DNA of 61,453 nucleotides from Minisyncoccota bacterium (GCA_023142595.1 JAGLJF010000027.1:1-61453), one strand, 5' to 3'. Positions 50,071 through 59,758 are shown, numbered from the stretch's first letter. Numbers and translations are program-made. The notes: a model not told the origin generated them from the letters alone.

Positions 50071-50251
50071 GTCATTCTGAATTTATTTCAGAATCTTTCG
50101 TGGATTATGGAAAATAGTCCTATAAATCATCAGACATTTAAATTAGAAATTAAGATATATTTATTCGTGTTTATATTATATGTGACGATTGGTGTAAATA
50201 ATGAATGTTCTTGCATGGCAGACGATAGATACTGAATCAAGTTCAGTATGA
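50071..50251. repeat. Paired palindromic repeat units (181-bp MITE-like segment)
   Basis: GTCATTCTGAAtttaTTTCAGAATC (50071-50095) and GATACTGAAtcaagTTCAGTATGAC (50227-50251). Confidence 0.75.
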
Positions 50252-50334
50252 CAGTTGTAGAAAGAATTAAAATTTATAAATTGAAGTTAAGTTGTGCGTG
50301 AGAATTAAAAATATAACAAACTAAAAATCTGATT

Positions 50335-51240
50335 ATGACTTGGATTGCCATAGCCATTGTTGCTCATTTTCTAAATGCGACTGTCAGTATAATCGATAAA
50401 TATATTGTCTCAAACACAGTACTTAAACCTGTTGTTTACACCTTCTATTCTGGAGTTTTTCAAGTTCTTTTTCTCTTATTGATTCCATTTATTGGCTTTT
50501 CTATGCCACATATCAATCTTTTTCTTCTTGGAGTTGGTACGGGAGCACTTTTTATATTAACATTACTAATTTTCTATAAAGCCCTCAAAATTAGTGAAGC
50601 GTCCAGAGTCATTCCAGTCATTGGAGCAAGCGTACCAATTTTTATTGTTTTTCTTTCATATTTTATTCTTGGTGAATTTTTGACATCCGTCCAAATTTTA
50701 GCTTTTGCCTTTTTTGTTGTCGGAGGATTTCTCTTGTCACTGAAACGCACCCAAGAGGCATTTTCACTTTTTCCGGGATTCAAATTAGCGATTCTGGCAG
50801 GATTCTTGTTTGCACTATATTATACTCTGATTAAATTCATGTATTTAGATGTGACATTTTTTGATGGATTTATTCTTCTGCAAATTGGAGGTTTTCTTGG
50901 ATCTATTATTCTTCTCATTTTCAAGAGCAATCGAGTGAAAATATTTTCCACTCCAGATACAATTAAAAAAAGTACAGCATATCTTTTTCTTCCAGCAAAA
51001 ATTCTGGCCGCGGCTGCTGCGATTATGATTTTTTATGCAATCTCCATGGAAGGAAGTAAAGTCTCAATTATTAACTCTCTGCAGGCGTTTCAATATGTTT
51101 TTGTTTTATTCTTTGCAATTATTCTTTCCAAGAAAATTCCATCTCTTTTTCACGAACAACTCAATAAAAGATTGCTCAGAAGAAAAATTGTGGCAATTGT
51201 TGTAATTGGTGCGGGATTGTTTTTGCTGGCGATTGGATAA
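50335..51240 (+). CDS. EamA/DMT-family transporter
   Basis: 301 aa with 10 predicted TM helices arranged as two 5-TM halves. Confidence 0.7.
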   Translation: MTWIAIAIVAHFLNATVSIIDKYIVSNTVLKPVVYTFYSGVFQVLFLLLIPFIGFSMPHINLFLLGVGTGALFILTLLIFYKALKISEASRVIPVIGASVPIFIVFLSYFILGEFLTSVQILAFAFFVVGGFLLSLKRTQEAFSLFPGFKLAILAGFLFALYYTLIKFMYLDVTFFDGFILLQIGGFLGSIILLIFKSNRVKIFSTPDTIKKSTAYLFLPAKILAAAAAIMIFYAISMEGSKVSIINSLQAFQYVFVLFFAIILSKKIPSLFHEQLNKRLLRRKIVAIVVIGAGLFLLAIG

Positions 51241-51253
51241 AAAAAGAGTAGGA

Positions 51254-51670
51254 TCAAGTCCTACTTATGATTCTGCTTTCGAGATATTCCTCTCCCGCTT
51301 TAATTGCTATTTTAATTTTTTTCTTGCTGGGTTCTAATAATATTTTATTATTAATTCCACACCGTTCATGCTTTATGGAAGTTTTTTGAAAATTTTCAAT
51401 TGTAAGCGGACAGCTATGCTCTAATAAATATATAAGTTTATGTTCTGTAGCATGCCATTGTGATGCTTCATAATAGCAGACTAAAGAGCAATAAACAAGT
51501 ATTATTACTGATAAAATAATTATAAACACTGCTGTTTGGATTAATGTTAATAACTTAGTCATTACGAAAAGTATTATAAAAAATCTTAGCAATGAAAAAA
51601 TATCTTCAGCAATAATCCAGTCTTTTCCGTCAGAAATGACTAGTCCAAATGGATGAGAATGACCATACAT
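51254..51670 (-). CDS. Small membrane protein with a DUF1385-like 'AEHK...RCG' motif
   Basis: 138 aa with a strong SD (AAGGAGGAG) and two TM helices. 'WHATEHKLIYLLE..LT.EN..K.S..HERCG' resembles the remembered core of YqhQ/DUF1385, but the protein is much shorter. Confidence 0.4.
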   Translation of the reverse strand: MYGHSHPFGLVISDGKDWIIAEDIFSLLRFFIILFVMTKLLTLIQTAVFIIILSVIILVYCSLVCYYEASQWHATEHKLIYLLEHSCPLTIENFQKTSIKHERCGINNKILLEPSKKKIKIAIKAGEEYLESRIISRT

Positions 51671-51774
51671 TTACAACTCCTCCTTGTTTATTAAATTCCT
51701 TGATATTCAAAAAATAACATAGGACTACAGCCGTGTCAATGATACAAATCTGGTAATTCATTGAAAAAAATATT

Positions 51775-51804
51775 TGTCATTTCGAATCCCGTAGGGTGAG
51801 AAAT
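51775..51804. repeat. Divergent palindromic repeat unit
   Basis: GTCATTTCgaatcccgtagggtgaGAAATC has the same GTCATT..stem..ATC frame as the family. Confidence 0.45.
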
Positions 51805-51906
51805 CTATGAACTATATTAGCAAGATTTAAATAATTTTCAAACCTCCTAGCCTTTTTGTCAGGGGGAACTAACGAGATTTAAAAAAACATAAAGAAATAA
51901 ATAATT

Positions 51907-52944
51907 ATGAAATTTAATTTATTTTCAAAGAATAAAAAAAATAAACGGAAGTTGTTTTCAAAAAAGAATATAATAATATTTTTTATATTTTTTTCAATGT
52001 TAATTACTATTGTTGCTCTTTTGATGCCGAGGCAAAATATGAAAGTTGTTTATGGCGTTACTTTTAGTAAGGCTTTTGCTCAACATCTCGGACTTGATTG
52101 GAAAGAGACATATTTGGCGCTTTTGGATGATGCAGGAGTGAAAAAGGTTCGATTGCCTTCATATTGGAATGAAATTGAAAATGAGAGAGGAGAATATTTT
52201 TTTGAAGATTTGGATTGGCAGATTGAGGAAGCGGAAAAAAGGGGAGTTGAAGTTGTTGTGTCTTTGGGTCAAAAGCAACCTCGCTGGCCTGAATGTCACA
52301 TTCCTACTTGGGCTGAAAATCTACCAGAATCACAAAGACAGGATGAATTGATTAAGTCCATTTCAACAGTTGTTAATCGATACAAAGGTAAAAATAACAT
52401 AACAGCTTGGCAAGTTGAGAATGAACCATTTTTGCCATATGGAGAATGTCCGAAATTAGACAAGAATTTTTTGGATAGAGAAATTGCGAAAGTTCGCGAA
52501 TTGGATAGTCGTCCGATTATAATTTCAGATAGTGGTGAGTTGGGAACTTGGTATAGCGCAGGAAAAAGAGCTGATATTTTAGGCACAACTCTCTATAGAA
52601 TTGTTTGGAATGATCGCATAGGATATATTCACTATCCAACCCCCTCCGTGATTTATAGATTAAAAGCGGCAATAATTATGTTTATAACCGGAGTTGATAA
52701 AATTATTATAGTTGAATTACAAGGAGAGCCGTGGGGACCAAAAATGATTACTGAGACTGCATTAGAAGACCAATATAAATCAATGGATCCAGAACAATTT
52801 CAAAAAAATATTGATTATGTGAAAGGAATTGAATTTTCTGAGGCATATCTTTGGGGAGGAGAATGGTGGTATTGGCTGAAAACTGAAAAAAATGATGATA
52901 GGATTTGGAATATAGCCAAGAAGACTTTTCGTAATTCAAAGTGA
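51907..52944 (+). CDS. Membrane-anchored clan GH-A (TIM-barrel) glycoside hydrolase-like protein
   Basis: 345 aa with an N-terminal TM. 'WQVENEP' is a clan-A acid/base motif. I cannot assign the family. Confidence 0.5.
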   Translation: MKFNLFSKNKKNKRKLFSKKNIIIFFIFFSMLITIVALLMPRQNMKVVYGVTFSKAFAQHLGLDWKETYLALLDDAGVKKVRLPSYWNEIENERGEYFFEDLDWQIEEAEKRGVEVVVSLGQKQPRWPECHIPTWAENLPESQRQDELIKSISTVVNRYKGKNNITAWQVENEPFLPYGECPKLDKNFLDREIAKVRELDSRPIIISDSGELGTWYSAGKRADILGTTLYRIVWNDRIGYIHYPTPSVIYRLKAAIIMFITGVDKIIIVELQGEPWGPKMITETALEDQYKSMDPEQFQKNIDYVKGIEFSEAYLWGGEWWYWLKTEKNDDRIWNIAKKTFRNSK

Positions 52945-52988
52945 TTAAAACATTGAAATTCTTTTTTTAAAAAATAATAAACAATCTT

Positions 52989-53915
52989 ATGATTAACATA
53001 TACAAAAAAACCCTCAAAGATACAAAATTAAAAAAAATCAAAGCTTTTGAAAAGGGAAGCTGGATATCAGTTGTTAATCCAGATATAGATGAGATTGAAA
53101 GATTGGAAAAGGAATTGGGACTTGATTTGACGATTGTTGAAGATGCTTTGGATGAAAATGAACTTTCTAGAGTGGAAAAAAATGATGGTATATTTTATAT
53201 GATTATTCGTTTTCCGACTCAAAGTGATTCTATCGCTGGTACGATTACTTTGCCATTGCTCGTAGTTATAACTGATGACAACATCATTACACTTTCAAAA
53301 GAAGAGAATAATATAATTAATAATATAGCAAAAAAATTTCCTCATTTTTATACAGTTCACAAGACAAATTTTTTGATGAAGATTATTATTGAAGTTTTTA
53401 ATAGTTATGACAAATACCTTAACAGAATTTTAAAAGATATTAAAATAAAGAAAATCAAAATTGATAATTTAAATAATAAAGACATTTTATTTCTTGTTCA
53501 AGAAGAAGAAACTTTGAATGATTTTGAATCTTCGATTGTTCCTATTATCAGCAATTTAGAGAGAATGTTAAGCGGGAGATATATACATATATATAAAAAA
53601 GATAAGGATGAAATTGAAGATTTGTTTATGGATAGCAAGCAGACACTTGAAATTTCAAGAGTTGCGTTGAAGTCGATTAAGAATATTAGAGAAGCTTATT
53701 CAACGATACTAACAAATGAACTTAATAGGGTTATAAAGATTCTGACAATTGCGACGATTGTCCTGACAATTCCTACGATAATTTCTAGTATATACGGGAT
53801 GAATGTTCCTCTGCCACTTGATCACAGTCCTTTTGCGTTTTTATATGTTATGTTGTTGATAGTTTTTATGTCTGTAGCCTTTTTATGGCTTTTAATTAGG
53901 CGAAGATGGATTTGA
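52989..53915 (+). CDS. corA: CorA-family magnesium/cobalt transporter
   Basis: 308 aa with 'YGMNV' between two C-terminal TM helices. Confidence 0.88.
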   Translation: MINIYKKTLKDTKLKKIKAFEKGSWISVVNPDIDEIERLEKELGLDLTIVEDALDENELSRVEKNDGIFYMIIRFPTQSDSIAGTITLPLLVVITDDNIITLSKEENNIINNIAKKFPHFYTVHKTNFLMKIIIEVFNSYDKYLNRILKDIKIKKIKIDNLNNKDILFLVQEEETLNDFESSIVPIISNLERMLSGRYIHIYKKDKDEIEDLFMDSKQTLEISRVALKSIKNIREAYSTILTNELNRVIKILTIATIVLTIPTIISSIYGMNVPLPLDHSPFAFLYVMLLIVFMSVAFLWLLIRRRWI

Positions 53916-54098
53916 GGATATAAAAGTTGGACGAATTTAAAACATTATGCCAAAAATATGAATTTTTTGAAAAATAACAAAATATTGTTTTAATTTGTGG
54001 GCTATTGACTAAAATTTAATTTGATAGTAAGATTAGATTATAATTTATAGTTTAAAAATCAAAAATGGCCTTGAGAGGCTGTTTTAAAATCAAAAAAA

Positions 54099-54287
54099 AT
54101 GAATATATTCAAAAAGTTGAAAAAGTACTTCGTTGAAGTTAAGTCTGAAATAAAGAAGGTTAGCTGGCCTTCTAGAAAGGTTGCTATAAAGGATTCGACT
54201 ATTGTTGTTATTATTAGTCTAGTAACCGCTTCATTTTTAGGAGGTATGGATTTTGTACTAGATAAGATAATTAAAAATTTGTTTTAA
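54099..54287 (+). CDS. secE: Preprotein translocase subunit SecE
   Basis: 62 aa with 'E.KKVSWPSRK' and a single TM, directly upstream of nusG. Confidence 0.85.
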   Translation: MNIFKKLKKYFVEVKSEIKKVSWPSRKVAIKDSTIVVIISLVTASFLGGMDFVLDKIIKNLF

Positions 54288-54332
54288 AACAAATTTTCAC
54301 TTCAGCTTTATTTAATCATTAAATATAAAGAT

Positions 54333-54878
54333 ATGCCAAAACAAACGGCAGATTTTGGAAGAAATTGGTATGTTCTGCACACATATTCTGGTTACGAAGA
54401 TAATGTCTGTAGAAATTTGAAACAAAGAATTGAATCAATGGGAATGGAAGAAAAGATATTTGATGTACTAGTTCCGAAAGAAAAGAAAATAAAAATTAAA
54501 AATGGAAAGAGAAAGGTTCTAGAAGAAAGAATTTTCCCTGGATATGTTATGGTGGAGATGATTGTAAACGATGATTCTTGGTATGTTGTTCGGAATACTC
54601 CAAATGTAACTGGTTTTGTTGGATCAGGGACTACTCCAACTCCAATATCAGAAGAGGAGATGACTGCCTTGAAAAGAAGAATGGGTGTCAAAGAGCCAAA
54701 ATACAAAATTGATGTTGCAAAAGGTGATATTATTAAAATCATTGATGGTCCTTTCAAAGAATTCGATGGAAAAGTTGAAGATGTTGATGAAGAAAAAGGA
54801 AAAATCAAAGTCCTTGTGCAAATGTTTGGCAGGGAAACTCCTTTGGAATTAGACTTCTTGCAGATAAAGAAAATATAA
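54333..54878 (+). CDS. nusG: Transcription termination/antitermination factor NusG
   Basis: 181 aa with 'WYV.HTYSG.E..V', 'FPGYV.VEM' and a C-terminal KOW ('GD.I.I.DGPF..F.G.V'). Confidence 0.93.
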   Translation: MPKQTADFGRNWYVLHTYSGYEDNVCRNLKQRIESMGMEEKIFDVLVPKEKKIKIKNGKRKVLEERIFPGYVMVEMIVNDDSWYVVRNTPNVTGFVGSGTTPTPISEEEMTALKRRMGVKEPKYKIDVAKGDIIKIIDGPFKEFDGKVEDVDEEKGKIKVLVQMFGRETPLELDFLQIKKI

Positions 54879-54897
54879 TAATTAATACTAAACGATT

Positions 54898-55323
54898 ATG
54901 GCAAAAAAAATTGAAAAATTAGTGAAACTTCAAATACCAGCAGGTAAAGCGAATCCAGCTCCTCCAATCGGTCCTGCTCTAGGTCAAGCTGGAATTAACA
55001 TACAAGAATTTTGTACGAGGTTTAATAATGACACCAAGGATATGGGCGGGGACATTGTTCCTGTTGAAATTTCTGTATATGAAGACAAATCATATACATT
55101 TATAACAAAAACGCCTCCCGCTTCAGCGCTTATAAAAAAGTTTTCTGGCGTTAAAAAGGGGTCAAAAGAACCACAAAAAGAAAAAGTTGGGAAACTTACA
55201 AAAGCTCAATTGAAGGAAATCGCAGAAATCAAAATGAAAGATTTAAATGCTAATGATATTGAAGGCGCAATGAAAATTATTGGTGGTACTGCGAAAAATA
55301 TGGGAATAACAATTGAAGACTAG
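54898..55323 (+). CDS. rplK: 50S ribosomal protein L11
   Basis: 141 aa with '[24 protein letters not shown]...FC..FN'. Confidence 0.95.
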   Translation: MAKKIEKLVKLQIPAGKANPAPPIGPALGQAGINIQEFCTRFNNDTKDMGGDIVPVEISVYEDKSYTFITKTPPASALIKKFSGVKKGSKEPQKEKVGKLTKAQLKEIAEIKMKDLNANDIEGAMKIIGGTAKNMGITIED

Positions 55324-55350
55324 ATCTAATTTAATTTTTATCTATCAAAA

Positions 55351-55809
55351 ATGAGTGAACAACTTATGAAAAAGAAAAGTTCTTGGAAATATAATTCGGT
55401 TTTATTTGTACTAGTTTTAATACTATTAGCTTCTATTGTTTTTGTTTTCAAAACGGAAACTGCATCTAAAAACGAAATCGCAAATAATATAACCGAAGAA
55501 TTAAAGACTGATATCTCTGTTTCTTTGAAAATTATAAATGAAGAAGAAAATATATACGAATTAAATAATATTTCAAGTGAATTAACCGTATTTGACATTA
55601 CAAAAGAAAACACTGACTTGGAATATAATAATAATTATGATTTTGGAGTTTTTATAGAGAGTGTAAATGGAATTAAGAACGGTGATGAGGGAATGTATTG
55701 GCAATATTATATTAATGATAAATTGGGTGATGTAGCGGCTGATAAAAAAAATCTAGAGGATGAGGATGTTGTTGAGTGGAGATTTGAAGATGTTTCTAGT
55801 TTTAATTAA
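55351..55809 (+). CDS. DUF4430-like secreted protein
   Basis: 152 aa with an N-terminal TM/signal sequence. The C-terminal 'G.YWQYYIND...V.A....L.D.D.V.W.F' resembles DUF4430. Confidence 0.5.
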   Translation: MSEQLMKKKSSWKYNSVLFVLVLILLASIVFVFKTETASKNEIANNITEELKTDISVSLKIINEEENIYELNNISSELTVFDITKENTDLEYNNNYDFGVFIESVNGIKNGDEGMYWQYYINDKLGDVAADKKNLEDEDVVEWRFEDVSSFN

Positions 55810-55813
55810 GAAT

Positions 55814-56371
55814 ATGAATCAAAAATCAAAAATATTCATAGCAATGATGTTGATTGTTTTGGGAGTTATTGGAAGATTTGTGTTTATTGAATATATCGGT
55901 ATTCCTAATTTTGAAATTATCACAACCATATCATTGATTGCTGGCATTTATCTTGGAGGAATGTATATCGCTGTTATACCGTTGTCTGTCATTTTTATTA
56001 GTGATTTGATTATCGGAAATAATTTCATATTATTGTTTACTTGGTCAGCATTTTTATTTATATCACTTGTAGGATATTTTTTTAGAAATAAAGTTAAAAA
56101 AAATATAATAATTGGTTCTATTTCAGTTTCACTACTTAGCTCAATATTTTTCTATTTATACACAAACTTTGGTTGGTGGATTATGTCGGGAATGTATGAA
56201 CATACCTTATCTGGATTATTGAGGTGTTATTATATGGCTCTTCCTTTTTTTAGAAATAATCTTGTTGGAAATTTGGTTTTGGTGCCTATGGGAGTTTGGA
56301 GTTTTTCGAAGGTGTTGGCTTACTTGAAAATAAAAAATATTGTTTATAGTAAATTACAAACTAGAATTTGA
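55814..56371 (+). CDS. Multi-TM membrane protein (ECF S-component/DUF6580-like)
   Basis: I prefer the ATG at 55814. The protein has 5-6 TM helices and an 'IPNFE..T..SLIAG.YLG' motif. These genes are commonly paired with DUF4430 genes. Confidence 0.45.
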   Translation: MNQKSKIFIAMMLIVLGVIGRFVFIEYIGIPNFEIITTISLIAGIYLGGMYIAVIPLSVIFISDLIIGNNFILLFTWSAFLFISLVGYFFRNKVKKNIIIGSISVSLLSSIFFYLYTNFGWWIMSGMYEHTLSGLLRCYYMALPFFRNNLVGNLVLVPMGVWSFSKVLAYLKIKNIVYSKLQTRI

Positions 56372-56488
56372 ATTCAAATTTATTTTTTGTAGTCAGGTTT
56401 TAGTGAATAATTAAAATAATTTAACAACTAATCGTGGGAGCGTTAATAATTAATAAATAACGCGCTCGAACCACAGAAGGAAAAAACA

Positions 56489-57169
56489 ATGAATAGATCA
56501 AAAAGGTACAAAAGCGTCAAAGAAAAAATTGACAGAACTAAGGCTTATGGAATTGATGAAGCTATGAAGATGTTGATTGATGGTGCAAATGCAAAATTCG
56601 ATGAAAGTGTGGAAGTTCACTTTAGAACCAATATTAATCCAAAACAAGCTGATCAGCAAATTAGAGGTTCGATAGTTTTGCCTCATGGAACTGGAAAAGA
56701 AAAAAAGATTGCAGTTTTTGCAGAAGGTGATCAAGCTCAAGAAGCAAAAGACGCTGGAGCTGAAATTGTTGGCGGAGAAGAACTTGTAGCGCAAATTAAA
56801 AAAACAAAAACAGTTGATTTTGACGTAGCAGTTGCGACGCCAGATATGATGAGAAAGTTGGCGATGGTAGCAAAGGTTCTTGGACCAAAAGGATTGATGC
56901 CGTCACCAAAAACAGAGACCGTGACCACTGATATCAAAAAGACAGTAGAGCAGTTGAAAAAAGGAAAAATTAATTTCAAAAACGATGATACGGGAAATGT
57001 TCATCAGTTAGTTGGAAAAATTTCTTTTGGAGAAAATAAACTTAAGGAAAATATCAAAACTTTTGTGCAAAATATGAGAGATTCCAAACCATCTGGAGCT
57101 AAAGGCGATTACATAAAGAATGTTGTAATTACTTCTTCTATGGGAGCTGGAATTAAAATTGATTTATAA
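56489..57169 (+). CDS. rplA: 50S ribosomal protein L1
   Basis: 226 aa with 'KF.ESVE......I.P...DQ.IRG...LPHGTGK', 'D..VATPDMM' and 'LGP.GLMPSPK'. Confidence 0.95.
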   Translation: MNRSKRYKSVKEKIDRTKAYGIDEAMKMLIDGANAKFDESVEVHFRTNINPKQADQQIRGSIVLPHGTGKEKKIAVFAEGDQAQEAKDAGAEIVGGEELVAQIKKTKTVDFDVAVATPDMMRKLAMVAKVLGPKGLMPSPKTETVTTDIKKTVEQLKKGKINFKNDDTGNVHQLVGKISFGENKLKENIKTFVQNMRDSKPSGAKGDYIKNVVITSSMGAGIKIDL

Positions 57170-57186
57170 TCTAATTTCTGTAAATT

Positions 57187-57717
57187 ATGGAAATAAAAAA
57201 TAAAATAATTACTGATTATGAAAAATTAGCAGAGCTTATCAAGGCTCAGCAAATTCTTGGAAATAATGTGGTTTGTACGATAGGTTCTTGGGATATGCTT
57301 CATATTGGGCATCTTCGATATTTGAATACTGCAAAACAACAAGGAGATATTCTCGTTGTTGGAGTTGATAGTGACAGAGCAATTAAAATTTATAAAAAAA
57401 ATTCATTGCGACCAGTGATCCCAGAAGAAGAGCGAATGGAAATGTTGAGTTATCAATCTTTTGTTGATTATGTGACGATTATTGATGATGTAAACGAGAA
57501 AGGTGATTGGGAGATGAATATCCTAAAAAAAGTAAATCCGGATGTTTTTGTTGCGATTGAAGAAAGTTATCCGAAAGAGCAACGCGAGGAAATTGAAAAA
57601 TTATGTGGAGAAATGAAACTTCTTGAAAGACAAGCTGAAAACACATCCACGAGTGATATAATCGAAAAAACTTTCAAAAAAAGATTAGAATATATTTTGT
57701 CTAATATCAAATTATGA
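57187..57717 (+). CDS. Cytidylyltransferase-family nucleotidyltransferase (RfaE domain II / TagD-like)
   Basis: 176 aa with 'GSWDMLHIGHLRYL' (HxGH) and 'VVGVDSD......K...RP...EE.R'. Confidence 0.7.
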   Translation: MEIKNKIITDYEKLAELIKAQQILGNNVVCTIGSWDMLHIGHLRYLNTAKQQGDILVVGVDSDRAIKIYKKNSLRPVIPEEERMEMLSYQSFVDYVTIIDDVNEKGDWEMNILKKVNPDVFVAIEESYPKEQREEIEKLCGEMKLLERQAENTSTSDIIEKTFKKRLEYILSNIKL

Positions 57718-58151
57718 AAAAAGTAGTTGATAAAAGATATGCGAAATCCAACGACTACAAAAAAACTCTTGAAACCATAGAGGAAACTGCTAAGTGTCCG
57801 TTTTGCAAAGAAAATTTCAAGTATCACAAAAAAAAGATATTGAAAAAAGAAAAAGGATGGTTTATTACTGAAAGTAGTTGGCCTTATGAGAATTCAAAAT
57901 TTCATTTTTTGATTATCTCAGAAAAGCATAAAGAGGAATTTGGAGATCTCAAGACATCTGATTTCAAAATAGTTTCAGAGTTAGTGAACTGGGCGATAAC
58001 GAAATATAAAATTAAGGGCGGAGCTTTAACTTTGCGGTTTGGCGATACAACTTACACTGGAGCATCAGTTTGTCATTTGCATTTTCACTTTATGGTTCCA
58101 GAAATTGATAAAAATGGAATGGCAAAGGTGATCAACTTTCCAATTGGGTAA
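57714..58151 (+). CDS. HIT-superfamily protein
   Basis: 145 aa with the 'CHLHFHFMVP' triad and an N-terminal CPFC. The ATGA overlaps the preceding gene. Confidence 0.65.
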   Translation: MKKVVDKRYAKSNDYKKTLETIEETAKCPFCKENFKYHKKKILKKEKGWFITESSWPYENSKFHFLIISEKHKEEFGDLKTSDFKIVSELVNWAITKYKIKGGALTLRFGDTTYTGASVCHLHFHFMVPEIDKNGMAKVINFPIG

Positions 58152-58234
58152 ATATTTTTTTGGAGATTAGGTTTTAATCTGGGATTACTACATTCTAAAT
58201 GGTGAATTCCAGGTTTTGATTATAAAATATTAAT

Positions 58235-59116
58235 ATGTGTAATATGACAAAAGAAAAAGTATTAATTTTCGGTGATTTTTCAGTATTCCACAAAGGATAT
58301 ATTTCATTTTTAAATGAAATTAAAAAAGACAAGTCTAAGCTTGTTTTTTTTGTAGGAATTTTAAGTGATGAACTCATTAAAGAACTAACATCCCTAGAAC
58401 CTGATATCAGAAAAGTTTCTGAAAAAGATATAAAGAATATAATTAACTCATATATTTTAGTTGAAGATTATTTTTCTGTAAATCAGAATAATTTTTCTCA
58501 AATTATTAGTGAACTAAAACCAAATAAAATATTCATTTTAAAAGGAGACAAAGGAGAGGATTTCGCAAATAAATATTTATCAGATAGCAAATATAAAGAT
58601 ATTATTGAATATCATGATATCAGATTGCGATGGTCTGATGATAAAGTGCAGGAATTTAAAAAAGAAGCGTCAGAATTGTCAAAAGAAGAGCTGAAAGAAC
58701 ATCAAAAGTTTATGAATGAAGCGTTAAAAGAAGCGGAGAAATCTAAATGCTGGTGGAGGCAGGTTGGAGCTGTGGCAGTTAAAAATGGGAAGATAATTTT
58801 TCGCGGATTTAATAGAATGCTTCCGACTGAAGATGAGTGCTATAAAATCGGATGCATTCGCGATTCAATTGAACCCGGAAAAGATCCGGAAGTTTGCAGT
58901 GTTACCCATGCCGAAGCGTCAATTATTTCTTTAGCGGCTTGCGATGGCGTTTCTTTGAAAGATACAATTTTATATGTTACTCATTTTCCATGCCCAGCTT
59001 GCGCCAAACTTGTTGCGTTAGCGGGGTTTAAAAAAGTTGTCTATACTCGCGGCTCGTCCGTTTTTGACGGAGAAAGGGTTATGACAAGCAGGGGAGTTGA
59101 TATTGTTAAGATTTGA
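58235..59116 (+). CDS. dCMP deaminase (ComEB/CMP-dCMP deaminase zinc-binding) with an N-terminal nucleotidyltransferase-like extension
   Basis: The C-terminal half has 'VTHAEASII' and 'PCPACAKLV' (H-A-E / PCxxC). The N-terminal ~150 aa starts 'VLIFGDFSVFHKGYISFL', a degenerate G-x-F-x-x-x-H-x-G-H frame. Confidence 0.75.
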   Translation: MCNMTKEKVLIFGDFSVFHKGYISFLNEIKKDKSKLVFFVGILSDELIKELTSLEPDIRKVSEKDIKNIINSYILVEDYFSVNQNNFSQIISELKPNKIFILKGDKGEDFANKYLSDSKYKDIIEYHDIRLRWSDDKVQEFKKEASELSKEELKEHQKFMNEALKEAEKSKCWWRQVGAVAVKNGKIIFRGFNRMLPTEDECYKIGCIRDSIEPGKDPEVCSVTHAEASIISLAACDGVSLKDTILYVTHFPCPACAKLVALAGFKKVVYTRGSSVFDGERVMTSRGVDIVKI

Positions 59117-59146
59117 TATTAGAATAAACCAAAAAGAGGGATTTAA

Positions 59147-59707
59147 ATGGAAGTAAAAAAAATAAATGGACTTGCTGATCTGTCTCCTGTTTTTGGAAAT
59201 ATTGAATATGTGCCATTAGCAACTTATTTATTTTCTAATATATGCATAGTGGTTGGCGAAGAGAGAAAAATAGTATTAGTTCTTACGGAAGACAGAATGA
59301 AAAAAAATATTTGGGTTCTTCCTGGAGGGGAACTTTGGTATAAAATTCATGAATCATTTGAGAATGCAGCAATAAGAGAAGTCGAAAAAGAAGAACTAGG
59401 GATAACTATCAATCCAGAGAAATTACAAATTTTTGATGCGCAAATCGGCTATCCTGTAGAAAGAAGTCCTTATGAGAAAGCAGGGATATCTTCTCCAATA
59501 ATTTCATATTTGTATTTTATAACAGAAAAAGAGTTTGCAAATATACATTTGAATAAAGTTTTTAAAAAAGGAGAAAACATTAAAAAAGTAATAGTAGAAC
59601 CAGTTCTTGATATTTTAGAAAAAATAGAGAACGGGAAAATAAGTGTATATCCAGAACTTTGGAAAACGCTACTTAAACTAAACAAATATTTAGCAGAAAG
59701 GAATTAA
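59147..59707 (+). CDS. NUDIX hydrolase
   Basis: Nudix box 'GGELWYKIHESFENAAIREVEKEELGI'. Confidence 0.8.
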   Translation: MEVKKINGLADLSPVFGNIEYVPLATYLFSNICIVVGEERKIVLVLTEDRMKKNIWVLPGGELWYKIHESFENAAIREVEKEELGITINPEKLQIFDAQIGYPVERSPYEKAGISSPIISYLYFITEKEFANIHLNKVFKKGENIKKVIVEPVLDILEKIENGKISVYPELWKTLLKLNKYLAERN

Positions 59708-59712
59708 TTCTT

Positions 59713-59758
59713 TCTCTTTTTTTGAATAAAAAAAGAGACAACCTTATGTAGGGTTGTC
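59713..59758. terminator. Two overlapping hairpins between convergent genes (bidirectional terminator)
   Basis: TCTCTTTTTTT / AAAAAAAGAGA (59713-59738) and GACAACC / GGTTGTC (59737-59758). Confidence 0.7.

Noticed and set aside
55760-55813. An upstream extension of the membrane-protein ORF that overlaps the DUF4430 gene by 50 nt.
   Set aside because: The extension encodes no hydrophobic or conserved sequence. The ATG at 55814, just after the DUF4430 stop, gives a normal N-terminus (MNQKSK plus a TM helix).
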